Assembly: GCA_964637135.1 (NCBI GenBank)
Contig: CAZWTX010000002.1
Span: 124,001-166,135 of the forward strand
Direction of reading: 5' to 3'
Origin: an uncultured Methanospirillum sp.
GTDB taxonomy: Archaea; Halobacteriota; Methanomicrobia; Methanomicrobiales; Methanospirillaceae
DNA: 42,135 nt
Both the position numbers and the translations under genes were made by a program. The stretch's first letter is position 1. The number at the start of each line of letters is the position of its first letter. This document shows positions 19,065 to 28,635 of this stretch, piece after piece. The notes beneath the pieces were generated by a model. It had not been told where the DNA came from and searched no databases. It saw only the letters and a list, made by a program, of their open reading frames with translations.

Positions 19065-19829
19065 ATGTATCTCTCTGTTTCAGATCTTACCACCGGATAC
19101 GGGCGGACACAGGTGCTCGGGAAGGTCTCCTTCTCAGCACAGGGCGGGGAGTTTATTGCCCTTATCGGACCGAACGGGAGCGGAAAAAGCACGCTTATCA
19201 AGGCGATCGCAACCATCCTCGATGCATGGTCAGGTACGATAACGATCAACGACAGTCTCATTTCTGCATATTCCCCTAATCAGCTTGCCCTTCTGATCGG
19301 ATACGTGCCCCAGAGTTTCCGGTTCATCCCGTTCACCACTGTCACCGATCTCGCCCTGCTCGGGAGAAAACCCCACGTGACCTGGTCACTGTCAGACCGG
19401 GATCTTGGCATCGTCCAGGACGCCGTAACAAGGATGGGCATCTCCCCCCTTGCCGCGAAATTCGTTGATGAAATCTCCGGGGGTGAACGACAGAAAGCGT
19501 TCATCGCCCGGGCACTTGCCCAGGAACCTGAACTCTTCCTCTTCGATGAGCCCACGAGTTCCCTTGACGTGAAACACCAGATCGAAGTCTGCCGGATCAT
19601 GCAGGATGTTGCCCATACCGAAGGAAAAACGGTGATTCTCGCGGTACACGACCTGAACCTCGCATACCGGTTTGCTGACCGGATCGTGCTCCTTTCGGAG
19701 GGGAGCGTCATCGCCGAAGGAGAGCCGGACGAGGTGATGACCCCACGCCGGATCCGGGATGTCTACCAGATCGATATCCAGTTCATCGATACCGGTACCG
19801 GCAGGTACCTCATCCCGGTTATGGCCTGA
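19065..19829 (+). CDS. FecE/BtuD-family ABC ATP-binding protein
   Basis: GPNGSGKS, ISGGERQK, LFDEPTSSLD, VHDLNLA. Confidence 0.93.
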   Translation: MYLSVSDLTTGYGRTQVLGKVSFSAQGGEFIALIGPNGSGKSTLIKAIATILDAWSGTITINDSLISAYSPNQLALLIGYVPQSFRFIPFTTVTDLALLGRKPHVTWSLSDRDLGIVQDAVTRMGISPLAAKFVDEISGGERQKAFIARALAQEPELFLFDEPTSSLDVKHQIEVCRIMQDVAHTEGKTVILAVHDLNLAYRFADRIVLLSEGSVIAEGEPDEVMTPRRIRDVYQIDIQFIDTGTGRYLIPVMA

Positions 19830-20670
19830 CCGTGGCGGACGGGCGGATGAGCCGTGAAATCCCGTCAGCGGTGATCTCATCAAGGCGGACATATTTTGCG
19901 CCGAGCCGCATGGCAAGTTCCTTCGCAAGGCCGAACGAGATCAGCCCCCGTTCGGTATCAATAACCAGTGCCGGAATATCCTTCTCCCGGATCGTCCCGG
20001 CGATCTCAAGCGCATCAGCCCGGGGATCTCCCCCCGAAAGGGCGATGTTTCCCTTTCCGTCCGAAATAAGGACGAGATGGGGGAGGGTATCCCGATCCTT
20101 AAGCCGTTCCCTCATCAGCACCGAGAGGCCGCAGGAGAGGCCTCCGGCAAGAGGGGTCTTTCCGCCGGTCGGGATGGCGGAGAGCACGGACCGGGCCCGC
20201 TCCACGCTTACCGTCGGCTCCATCAGAACCTCGGCAGACCGACCCCGGAAGACGACGAGCCCTACCCGGTCACGGTTCTGGTATGCCTCGGTGAGGAGGG
20301 AGAAAATCGCCCCTTTCACCGCACTCATCCGCCGTTCCACGCCCATGCTTCCGCTTGCGTCGACGATGAAGAGGATCAGGTTCCCGACTTTTCGTTCCCT
20401 GACCTTCTCCCTGATATCAGCGGGGGTGATCCGGATCGCGGTGTCTCCCGGCCGGGCCTGCTGGTATGGGGCTGCCGCCCGGATGGTGGCATCAAGGGCA
20501 ATATCAGGAGTTATCCGGACAGGGATCCGGCTCCGGACATACTGTCCGGTCGCCGAGAGAGCTGCCCTGCTCCTCCCTGATCCTTCCGGGATCTCCACGT
20601 GACGCCGGTCATCAGGTTTGAGCATCCCCTTCTGCACGAGGATCAGTGGATCCTCTCCAAAGACCGTCAC
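19819..20670 (-). CDS. chlD: Class I chelatase medium subunit, C-terminal vWA part (ChlD/BchD-like)
   Basis: [20 protein letters not shown] motif [36 protein letters not shown]. Lies in the -1 frame relative to the upstream AAA+ ORF. Confidence 0.85.
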   Translation of the reverse strand: MTVFGEDPLILVQKGMLKPDDRRHVEIPEGSGRSRAALSATGQYVRSRIPVRITPDIALDATIRAAAPYQQARPGDTAIRITPADIREKVRERKVGNLILFIVDASGSMGVERRMSAVKGAIFSLLTEAYQNRDRVGLVVFRGRSAEVLMEPTVSVERARSVLSAIPTGGKTPLAGGLSCGLSVLMRERLKDRDTLPHLVLISDGKGNIALSGGDPRADALEIAGTIREKDIPALVIDTERGLISFGLAKELAMRLGAKYVRLDEITADGISRLIRPSATVRP

Positions 20671-21761
20671 CTGGCTGGCGTCCGGCCGGTCTGCAGAAGG
20701 GGAGGACGAGGGTGCTGGTGCTGCCCTGGTTCCTCTCCATGATTCTTCCGGATCGACTCCTCGAGTTTTTCCGGGTCAAACTGCTGGTCAGTAAAGGGTT
20801 TTCTTCGCATCCGGTGGGGAAGAACAAACCCGGCTGCCTCCCTGACGTCGTCCTCTGTCACGACCTCCCGTCCGTCACAGGCAGCAATCGTCGTTGCCGT
20901 CTTGATCATCGTGATATCTGCCCGGTGTCCGTCGACGTCCATATCGATGCAGATCGTAACAACGAGCCTGAGGAGATCCTCGGGGAACCGGACATCAGGA
21001 AGGAGCGCCGTTGCCCGGATAAGCGACGAGCGGATCATCTCGTCTTCCCCGGTCCAGGTCGCGATAAATGCATGCTGGTCTGCTTCGTATGCCATTCTCC
21101 GCCTGATCACGTCCATCCGGATATCCGGATCGCGGATTCCTTCAACCTCGACACAGAGTCCGAACCGGTCAAGGAGCTGGGGTCTGAGATCTCCTTCCTC
21201 CGGGTTCATCGTTCCGATCAGGGTGAAGACCGAGGGATGGGAGAAGGAGATGCCTTCCCGTTCGACGATGTTCACTCCCATCGCGGCAACATCCAGGAGC
21301 ACGTCAACAATATGATCATTGAGGAGGTTCACCTCGTCGACATAGAGGATGTTCCGGTTTGCTTCTGCAAGGATCCCGGGTTCGAAGCTCTTCTCTCCTT
21401 TCTTGATTGCCTGCTCGATATCGATCGTCCCGACGACCTTGTCCTCGGTCGCACTCACCGGGAGCTCGACCACGTGTACCCGCCGGGTTTCGGTTCCGGG
21501 TCGCTCCCCCTGGCTTCGGCAGCGATGGCAGAGCCCGGCAGGATCGGCCGGGGAACACCCGAACGGGCAGCCGTTCACTACCTCGATCTCGGGGAGAAGG
21601 GCGGCAAGTCCACGCACCGCCGTTGATTTCGCCGTTCCCTTCTCACCCTTGATCAGGACCCCGCCGATATGCGGATTGACGGCATTGAGGAGCAGGGCTT
21701 TCTTCATCCGGTCCTGTCCGACAATGGCAGAGAACGGATAGATGTTGTGAAAGTGATGCAT
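20667..21761 (-). CDS. chlI: Class I chelatase AAA+ subunit (ChlI/BchI-like)
   Basis: YPFSAIVGQ, Walker [57 protein letters not shown]. Confidence 0.92.
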   Translation of the reverse strand: MHHFHNIYPFSAIVGQDRMKKALLLNAVNPHIGGVLIKGEKGTAKSTAVRGLAALLPEIEVVNGCPFGCSPADPAGLCHRCRSQGERPGTETRRVHVVELPVSATEDKVVGTIDIEQAIKKGEKSFEPGILAEANRNILYVDEVNLLNDHIVDVLLDVAAMGVNIVEREGISFSHPSVFTLIGTMNPEEGDLRPQLLDRFGLCVEVEGIRDPDIRMDVIRRRMAYEADQHAFIATWTGEDEMIRSSLIRATALLPDVRFPEDLLRLVVTICIDMDVDGHRADITMIKTATTIAACDGREVVTEDDVREAAGFVLPHRMRRKPFTDQQFDPEKLEESIRKNHGEEPGQHQHPRPPLLQTGRTPAR

Positions 21762-21918
21762 TGTTCACACTCATGCCTTATTGAATGAGACTTTTTTTGT
21801 TTTCATTCTAAATTGAATTATTCATTGCTATGAGATCGGTATTTCTTCATATTATTGTTGACAAATATCCCCTACCGTTTTATCCGGGCCGCACGCCGAC
21901 CGGGAAGGGGGCCGATCA

Positions 21919-24900
21919 ATGAAGATTACAGCAGTCATGTGGAATTCATACCTTCCGCTCTTCCGGAAGGCGGCAAAATCAATCGGTACAGACCTCTGCA
22001 TCCATGCAACGCGGGATCTCGAGGATAAGCCGGAAAAAGTACGGCAGGTGATCAGGGACTGTGAATCTGCAGATCTCATCCTCCTGTACCGGACCGGGAG
22101 TCTCTTCTGGACGGAGATCGAAGACGAGATCCGCAGGATCGGGCAGACGATCCCGATCGTCTGCGTCGGGTACGATCCTTCCTACTGGCTCCTCTCAACC
22201 GTGGATCCGGCAATCGTCGCGACCACGTATGCTTACATCTCCTATAACGGGCGTTCCAACATCGAAAACCTCCTGAAGTACCTCCCGACCTGCCTCCTCG
22301 GGATCAATCGCTCTCCACAGCCGCCGATTCCCGTTCCCTGGGAAGGAATCTGCCATCCGGATGCTGCAAGGGATGCACTCACGATGGAGGAGTTCATGGA
22401 CTGGTACCCGGCACGGAACGCTCCCTGGATCGCGGTCCTCCTCTCCCGGACTGCATGGGTCACCGGTAACCTTGCAATGGAACACCTGGTGATCCGGTCG
22501 CTCGAAGAAAAGGGGCTTAATGTTATCCCTGTCTTCACATACGCGGTCAGGGACGATGCCCTCGGGGCAGCAGGCATGGCTGATGTCATCGAGAGATTTC
22601 TCCTCTCCGGAAAGATGCCGAAAATTTCCGCTCTCGTCAAGCTTGTCTCCTTCTTTGTCGGGGCCAGTAAGGAGGACTCCTCCTCGTCTGCCAACCCGGG
22701 CCGCGGGGTCTCGGTTCTCTCCCGGCTGGGCGTCCCGGTCTTCCAGCCGATCATCGCATACTACACGTCAATCAGCCGGTGGGAGGAGGAGAACACCCTT
22801 ACTGGTGATATCGGATGGTCAGTCGCCCTTCCCGAGTTTGAAGGCGTTATCGAACCGATCATCATCGGCGCCCAGGCTGAAGGCGGGGAACCCTCCGGTC
22901 AGCGCCGTCCGATCCCGGACCGGGTGGAGAAACTGGCACGCCGGGTCGCCCGCTGGGTCAGGCTGACCGCGACGCCGAGAGCTGAACGAAAAGTCGCATT
23001 CATCCTCCACAATGCCCCTTGTGCCGGGGTTGAGGCAAATATCGGGAGTGCTGCTCATCTCGACTCCCTGGAGAGTGTCGCCCGGATCCTTGCTACCATG
23101 AAGAAAGAGGGATACCAGGTAACTCACCCGGCATCGGGTGAGGAACTTGCACGGTTATTCCTCGATAAAAAGGCGATATCAGAGTTCAGGTGGACCACCG
23201 CCGGGGATATCGTAGCTCATGGCGGCTGCCTTGCCCGGATACCCCGGGACGAATACACCGCCTGGTTCGCTTTCCTCCCGGAGCGTACCCAGGCAGAAAT
23301 GACCGATGCATGGGGAGAACCACCAGGAAAGGGGATGGTCTTTGAAGACACCATCCTTGTCACCGGTCTTTCATTCGAAAACGCCATCGTATGCGTACAG
23401 CCCAAGCGGGGCTGCTATGGGGCGAAATGTGATGGCGAGGTCTGCAAGATCCTCCATGACCCGCATGTCCCCCCAACCCACCAGTACCTTGCCACCTACC
23501 ACTGGATCGATCAGGTGTTCGGTGCCGATCTGATCATCCATGTCGGAACCCATGGCAACCTTGAGTTCCTGCCCGGTAAAGGAGTGGCCCTCTCCGGGAC
23601 CTGTTATCCTGATATCGCCATCGGTGACATGCCCCACCTGTACATCTACAATGCCGACAATCCTGCAGAAGGAGCGATCGCGAAACGACGGAGTTATGCA
23701 TGTATCATCGATCACCTCATGCCGGTGATGGAACAGGCAGGGTTGTACGACGAACTCGAGGATCTCGAACGGATCCTTGATGAGTATGAGAGCGCCCGGT
23801 ACGACCCGGCACGGGCCCACGCCCTCGCCCACGAAATAGGGGAGGCGATCCAAAAGGCCCACCTCGAGAGGGAATTCCCGGTTAACCATGACACGGATAT
23901 CGGCGATATCCTTCCCCGTCTTCACGAGCAGCTCAGCCGGCTCCGGCTCACAAAGATCCCGGTCGGAATGCATATCTTCGGGAATATCCCGGATGACGGG
24001 AAAGAGATCGCACTCATCCGGGCAGTACTGGAATACGAGACCGGACCGGGATCCCTTCAGGCAGCGATCGCCGGAGAAATGGGATACTCCTCACCGATCC
24101 TGGTCAGTGAACCAAAAGCAGGTACTTCCGGTGATTGCGACCCGGACGGCAGGATCAGGGAAGAGATCTCCGCCCGGGCTGCCAGGATCATAACCGCCGT
24201 TCTCGCCGGCGGGAAGACCGGCGCCGCCATCGGTCTTCCGGGCAGTGATCCCGGAACCGTGGATCTCCTGGTCAGCCGGATCCTGGATATCCATGAACGG
24301 ATCCAGGCATCTGACGAGATGCGGGCGCTTCTCTCTGCCATGAACGGCTCGTATATCCCCCCGGGGCCCTCGGGACTGATCACAAGGGGACGCGATGACA
24401 TCCTCCCCACCGGCCGGAACTTCTACTCACTTGATCCCCACCGCCTGCCGAGCCGGTCGGCATATACCGTCGGGGAACAGCTTGCCTATGCCCTTCTGAA
24501 GCGATACCGGGAGGAACACGGGCAGCTCCCCGAATCGGTCGGGTACTACTGGATGGCAAACGACGTCATGTGGACAGACGGAGAGGGCCTCGCCCAGCTC
24601 TTCGCCCTGATCGGAGTCAGGCCGGTATGGCAGGGGAACGGAAGGGTGAAGAGTTTCACGATCATTCCTCCCGATGAACTCGGCCGGCCACGGATTGACA
24701 TCCTCGTCCGTGCCTCGGGGATCATCAGGGACAACTTCCCCCACCTCATCGAACTCCTGGATGATGCAGTTTCAGCGGTTGCCGCCCTCGACGAACCTGA
24801 CGGGATAAACTACGTCCGGAAACATGCCAGGGAAGCCGTCCAGGAACAGGATTCCTCCTGGCGGGAAGCAACTCTCCGGATCTTCGCTGGTATGGAGGGA

Positions 24901-25722
24901 ACCTATTCGTCCGGGGTAAACCTTGCCGTCTATGCCGGGGCCTGGAAGGAAGAGGCCGATCTTGCCGATATCTATCTCGCGTATAACGGGTATGCATACG
25001 GCCGGGGTGTCTCTGGGACAGCCTCGCACGGGCAGTTTGCGAAGGCCCTCTCCACGGTCGGGGTCACGTTTAACAAGATGCCGACCGACGAGTATGATCT
25101 CCTCGGGTGCTGCTGTTACTTTGCAAACCAGGGAGGGATGACAGCAGCCGCACGCCAGCTCTCCGGGAAGGAGATCCCGGCATACTTCGGGGACACCCGC
25201 GAACCGGGACAGGCCCGGGTGAACACGCTCGGTGACGAGATACGGCGGGTCGTCAGATCGAAGATCCTCAATCCCCGCTGGATAGAGGGAATGAAAGAGC
25301 ACGGGTACCGGGGGGCAGCGGAGATCTCAAAACGGGTCGGGCGGGTGTATGGCTGGGAAGCCGCGACACAGGAAGTGGACGACTGGATCTTCGACGAGGT
25401 CGCGGAGACCTTTGTCAACGATCCACAAATGCGCGATTTCTTCGCGGAGAAGAATCCATATGCCCTTGAAGAGATGGCACGGCGGCTGCTCGAGGCAGAA
25501 GAGCGGGGACTGTGGGATGCCGACCCTGAGATCCTGGAAGAACTGAAGAACTCGTACCTCGAGATCGAGTCATGGATGGAGGACGAGGAACATGTCGGTG
25601 AATTCCAGGGAGGATCGGTTGATATCATCACCCGGGCCGATGCCCCGGAATGGGATGCATCCATGCTGCAGGTGCTTGGACAGGTACGGGGAAAGATGCA
25701 TAAGCGGGAGCAGAATGGTTAG
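21919..25722 (+). CDS. cobN: CobN/ChlH-family chelatase large subunit
   Basis: 1267 aa. ALPEFEGVIEP, PPTHQYLATY, HVGTHGNLEFLPGK, LPTGRNFY, LGRPRID, LLGCCCYF, LNPRWIEGMKEHGYRGA. Confidence 0.95.
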   Translation: MKITAVMWNSYLPLFRKAAKSIGTDLCIHATRDLEDKPEKVRQVIRDCESADLILLYRTGSLFWTEIEDEIRRIGQTIPIVCVGYDPSYWLLSTVDPAIVATTYAYISYNGRSNIENLLKYLPTCLLGINRSPQPPIPVPWEGICHPDAARDALTMEEFMDWYPARNAPWIAVLLSRTAWVTGNLAMEHLVIRSLEEKGLNVIPVFTYAVRDDALGAAGMADVIERFLLSGKMPKISALVKLVSFFVGASKEDSSSSANPGRGVSVLSRLGVPVFQPIIAYYTSISRWEEENTLTGDIGWSVALPEFEGVIEPIIIGAQAEGGEPSGQRRPIPDRVEKLARRVARWVRLTATPRAERKVAFILHNAPCAGVEANIGSAAHLDSLESVARILATMKKEGYQVTHPASGEELARLFLDKKAISEFRWTTAGDIVAHGGCLARIPRDEYTAWFAFLPERTQAEMTDAWGEPPGKGMVFEDTILVTGLSFENAIVCVQPKRGCYGAKCDGEVCKILHDPHVPPTHQYLATYHWIDQVFGADLIIHVGTHGNLEFLPGKGVALSGTCYPDIAIGDMPHLYIYNADNPAEGAIAKRRSYACIIDHLMPVMEQAGLYDELEDLERILDEYESARYDPARAHALAHEIGEAIQKAHLEREFPVNHDTDIGDILPRLHEQLSRLRLTKIPVGMHIFGNIPDDGKEIALIRAVLEYETGPGSLQAAIAGEMGYSSPILVSEPKAGTSGDCDPDGRIREEISARAARIITAVLAGGKTGAAIGLPGSDPGTVDLLVSRILDIHERIQASDEMRALLSAMNGSYIPPGPSGLITRGRDDILPTGRNFYSLDPHRLPSRSAYTVGEQLAYALLKRYREEHGQLPESVGYYWMANDVMWTDGEGLAQLFALIGVRPVWQGNGRVKSFTIIPPDELGRPRIDILVRASGIIRDNFPHLIELLDDAVSAVAALDEPDGINYVRKHAREAVQEQDSSWREATLRIFAGMEGTYSSGVNLAVYAGAWKEEADLADIYLAYNGYAYGRGVSGTASHGQFAKALSTVGVTFNKMPTDEYDLLGCCCYFANQGGMTAAARQLSGKEIPAYFGDTREPGQARVNTLGDEIRRVVRSKILNPRWIEGMKEHGYRGAAEISKRVGRVYGWEAATQEVDDWIFDEVAETFVNDPQMRDFFAEKNPYALEEMARRLLEAEERGLWDADPEILEELKNSYLEIESWMEDEEHVGEFQGGSVDIITRADAPEWDASMLQVLGQVRGKMHKREQNG

Positions 25723-26679
25723 ATGAATGCCATCGAAATTGAAGGACTCACGAAGAACTACGGGGAACTGTGTGCCGTGAACGGAATGACCCTGGATATC
25801 TCAAACGAGATATTCGGACTGCTCGGTCCGAACGGATCCGGGAAGACGACCACGGTGCTCATGCTCACTACCCTCCTTGCCCCAACCGCGGGTTCTGCCC
25901 GGGTTTGTGGATTTGACGTCATGAAAGAACCTCTCCGGGTCAGGGAACAGATCAGTTACGTCCCGCAGGACATGGCAGTCGATGTGAGGCTGACCGGGCG
26001 GGAGAATGTCAGGATGTACGCCGATCTCTACGGGGTATCCCGGCCGAAAGACCGGACCGACGAGGTGCTTGCGGTGCTTGAACTCTCCGGCCGGGCAGAC
26101 GAGCGGGCAAAGAACTACTCAGGGGGAATGCGGCGCCGGCTCGAACTTGCCCAGGCCCTCGTGCATGATCCCGAGGTGCTGTTCCTCGATGAACCGACCG
26201 TCGGGCTCGATGTCGCAGCACGGAAGAAGATCTGGGAACATATCCGTTCGCTGAAGAAGCATGGTATGACCGTCTTTGTCACGACCCATTACATGGACGA
26301 GGCTGACCGGAACTGCGACCGGGCTGCCATAGTGGACAAGGGCTCGGTGAAAGCCTGCGACACCCCGGGAGGACTCCGGGAGATGATCCCGGGTGATATC
26401 ATCGTCGCAACCGTCACCGGAGCAGTAGAACGGGAAAACCTCCCCGGAATCACCTGGAAGGAACAGGACGGGGATGAACTGGTTTTCGGGGCGGAAAACG
26501 GGGAAGAGGCCATGATCGCGATCCGTGAGATGCTGAAGAGACAGGGCGTCGGCCTTTCCGGGATCTCCCAGCGACGACCGACACTTGACGATGTCTTCCT
26601 GTACCTCGTCGAGAGTGCCGAGGACACCCGCCCGTTTAACCTGAGCTCGTTTCGGAACATGCTCGGGAGACGGGGATGA
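25723..26679 (+). CDS. ABC-2 exporter ATP-binding protein (DrrA-like)
   Basis: GPNGSGKT, YSGGMRRRLE, FLDEPTVGLD, TTHYMDEA, PTLDDVFL. Confidence 0.92.
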   Translation: MNAIEIEGLTKNYGELCAVNGMTLDISNEIFGLLGPNGSGKTTTVLMLTTLLAPTAGSARVCGFDVMKEPLRVREQISYVPQDMAVDVRLTGRENVRMYADLYGVSRPKDRTDEVLAVLELSGRADERAKNYSGGMRRRLELAQALVHDPEVLFLDEPTVGLDVAARKKIWEHIRSLKKHGMTVFVTTHYMDEADRNCDRAAIVDKGSVKACDTPGGLREMIPGDIIVATVTGAVERENLPGITWKEQDGDELVFGAENGEEAMIAIREMLKRQGVGLSGISQRRPTLDDVFLYLVESAEDTRPFNLSSFRNMLGRRG

Positions 26680-27401
26680 ACGCGATCCTCGTTTACTGTC
26701 GTCGCGATCTGATCCGCTGGGTGAGAGGAAAATGGGGATTCATCTCAACGATGATCACCCCGGCAGCATGGCTCCTCTTTGTGGGCCTTGCACTCCCCAT
26801 CAGGTTCACCGATAACTACATCGACTTCATCACGCCGGGGATCCTGGTCATGACGATGCTTTCCGCAGCGATGAGCGGCGGAGGACTTCTGATCATGGAC
26901 CGGATGCTCGGGTTCTTCAACAAGTTCCTCGCACTCCCACCGCCCCGGGAGACGATCCTGTACGGGAAGATCCTCGTGACCACCATAAGGGGGATGATGC
27001 AGGCAACGATCATCCTCATCTTCTCAGTCCTTCTCGGGGCTGCCATCCTCAACCCGGTCCAGCTCCTCCTGACGTATGGTGTCCTGATGATATTCGGCTG
27101 CCTCCTCTCCGCATTCAGCACGACCCTTGCGATCTACGTCGGGGACCACGATAACTATGCAGCCGTCAACGCGATGATCACGATGCCACTCTTCTTCACC
27201 TCAAGTGCGATGATGCCGTACGACGTGATGCCTGACTGGATGCGGACAGCAGCGATGGTAAATCCGCTCAGTATTGCGATTGATGCGATCCGGGAAGTAA
27301 AGACGGGGATATTTCCCTTCGATTCATTTGGCATTCTCCTGCTTCTCACCGGAATGATGCTCCTTGTCAGTGTGACCATGTTCAGACGGATACGAATCTG
27401 A
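26676..27401 (+). CDS. ABC-2 exporter permease (DrrB-like)
   Basis: Six hydrophobic segments, YIDFITPGIL, MPLFFTSSAMMP, NPLSIAIDAIR. ATGA overlap with the ATPase. Confidence 0.9.
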   Translation: MNAILVYCRRDLIRWVRGKWGFISTMITPAAWLLFVGLALPIRFTDNYIDFITPGILVMTMLSAAMSGGGLLIMDRMLGFFNKFLALPPPRETILYGKILVTTIRGMMQATIILIFSVLLGAAILNPVQLLLTYGVLMIFGCLLSAFSTTLAIYVGDHDNYAAVNAMITMPLFFTSSAMMPYDVMPDWMRTAAMVNPLSIAIDAIREVKTGIFPFDSFGILLLLTGMMLLVSVTMFRRIRI

Positions 27402-27485
27402 CTTCAGTCAGATCATTTCATAAATATTTTTTATTCGTGTGATCAAGGTGAGAGCCATGACAGTACTGGTGACAAAACGACAGGG

Positions 27486-28502
27486 ATGTGGACCATGGTA
27501 AACCGAAGAACCACAGAAATCCTATTCTGCCTGATCCTGATTTCCGGGCTCCTTGCAACCGGATCTGCCCTCGCAGATGTAAGTATCACGGACAGCGAAG
27601 GAAACCAGATCACCCTGGCAGCACCGGCCTCACGGATCATGGCCACTAACACCGATTGTGCCGAGATGCTTGTTGCTCTCGGGGCGGCAGACCGGATTGC
27701 CGGCGTGAGCCGGTACGTGGTAAATGACACCGTGCTCATGAGTCATCTCCCGGAAGGGGCTGAGAATATCGGGGACTGGCAGATCCCTGACATCGAGAAG
27801 ATCACCGAGATGAACCCGGATCTCATCATCTCATACTCAAGTTCGAAACCAAAGAATCTCGACCAGATAACCGCACTCGGGATCCCGATCGCATACCTTG
27901 ACTGTTACATGAGCGATACCCTCGCCGACGATGCACGGGCTCTCGGGACACTGACCGGCACCGAAGAAAAAGCCGAATCGTTTGCCGCATGGTACTCAAA
28001 ATGGAACAACGCTGTCAGCGAACGGATGGAACCGGTCAATGATAGCCCGACCGTATACATGGAAGGATATTCCGACTTTTCTGCCCAGGGGAAAGGGAGC
28101 GGGGGTGACGGGGTCCTTGCCCTGGTACGGGGAACGAACCTTGCTGCCGCCCTGAACGAGCAGTGGCCAAAGGTGAGCGCCGAATGGGTGATCAGCGAGA
28201 ATCCGGATTACATCCTGAAACTGCTGTCATCCACGAATGCAAAGACCCTGGAGGAACTTGTCGCCGATATCTCTGCACGGGAAGGATTCTCTACGATATC
28301 AGCCGTGAAGAACGGAAAGGTATATGCCCTGAATGGGGAGCTCCTGCTCAGTCCGAAATATCCGGTTGGGCTTGTAACGATGGCAAAGATCCTCCATCCG
28401 GATGCCTGTAGCGATCTCGATCCGGCAGAGGCCCTGGAAGAATATGACCGGGAGTTTGTATCAGGGTTCACCGGAATGGAGACCGTGTACCCGGGAATCT
28501 GA
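27486..28502 (+). CDS. BtuF/Fe-siderophore-type ABC substrate-binding protein
   Basis: Signal peptide, SITDSEGNQITL, PDIEKITEMNPDLII, WPKVSAEWVISENPD, ISAVKNGKVY, MAKILHPD. Confidence 0.9.
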   Translation: MWTMVNRRTTEILFCLILISGLLATGSALADVSITDSEGNQITLAAPASRIMATNTDCAEMLVALGAADRIAGVSRYVVNDTVLMSHLPEGAENIGDWQIPDIEKITEMNPDLIISYSSSKPKNLDQITALGIPIAYLDCYMSDTLADDARALGTLTGTEEKAESFAAWYSKWNNAVSERMEPVNDSPTVYMEGYSDFSAQGKGSGGDGVLALVRGTNLAAALNEQWPKVSAEWVISENPDYILKLLSSTNAKTLEELVADISAREGFSTISAVKNGKVYALNGELLLSPKYPVGLVTMAKILHPDACSDLDPAEALEEYDREFVSGFTGMETVYPGI

Positions 28503-28605
28503 ACGGCGGAGGGGATGAAATCCCCGTACCTGTTTTTTCAGGATAGAGCCTCCTACAATTCAGGAGAGGCAGGCGCCCTATCACTTTCACCCGGTTTACC
28601 TGAAT

Positions 28606-28614
28606 TTTTTATAA
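28606..28614 (+). promoter_or_regulatory. TATA box of the 28636 gene (probably leaderless transcript)
   Basis: TTTTTATAA about 22 nt upstream of ATG 28636, with no SD motif. Confidence 0.5.
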
Positions 28615-28635
28615 CGCGGGGCCGACTCCTGTGCC

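Noticed and set aside
19832..21626. + strand ORFs of 256 aa and 326 aa opposite chlD/chlI
   Set aside because: Antisense shadows in GC-rich coding DNA with no domain features.
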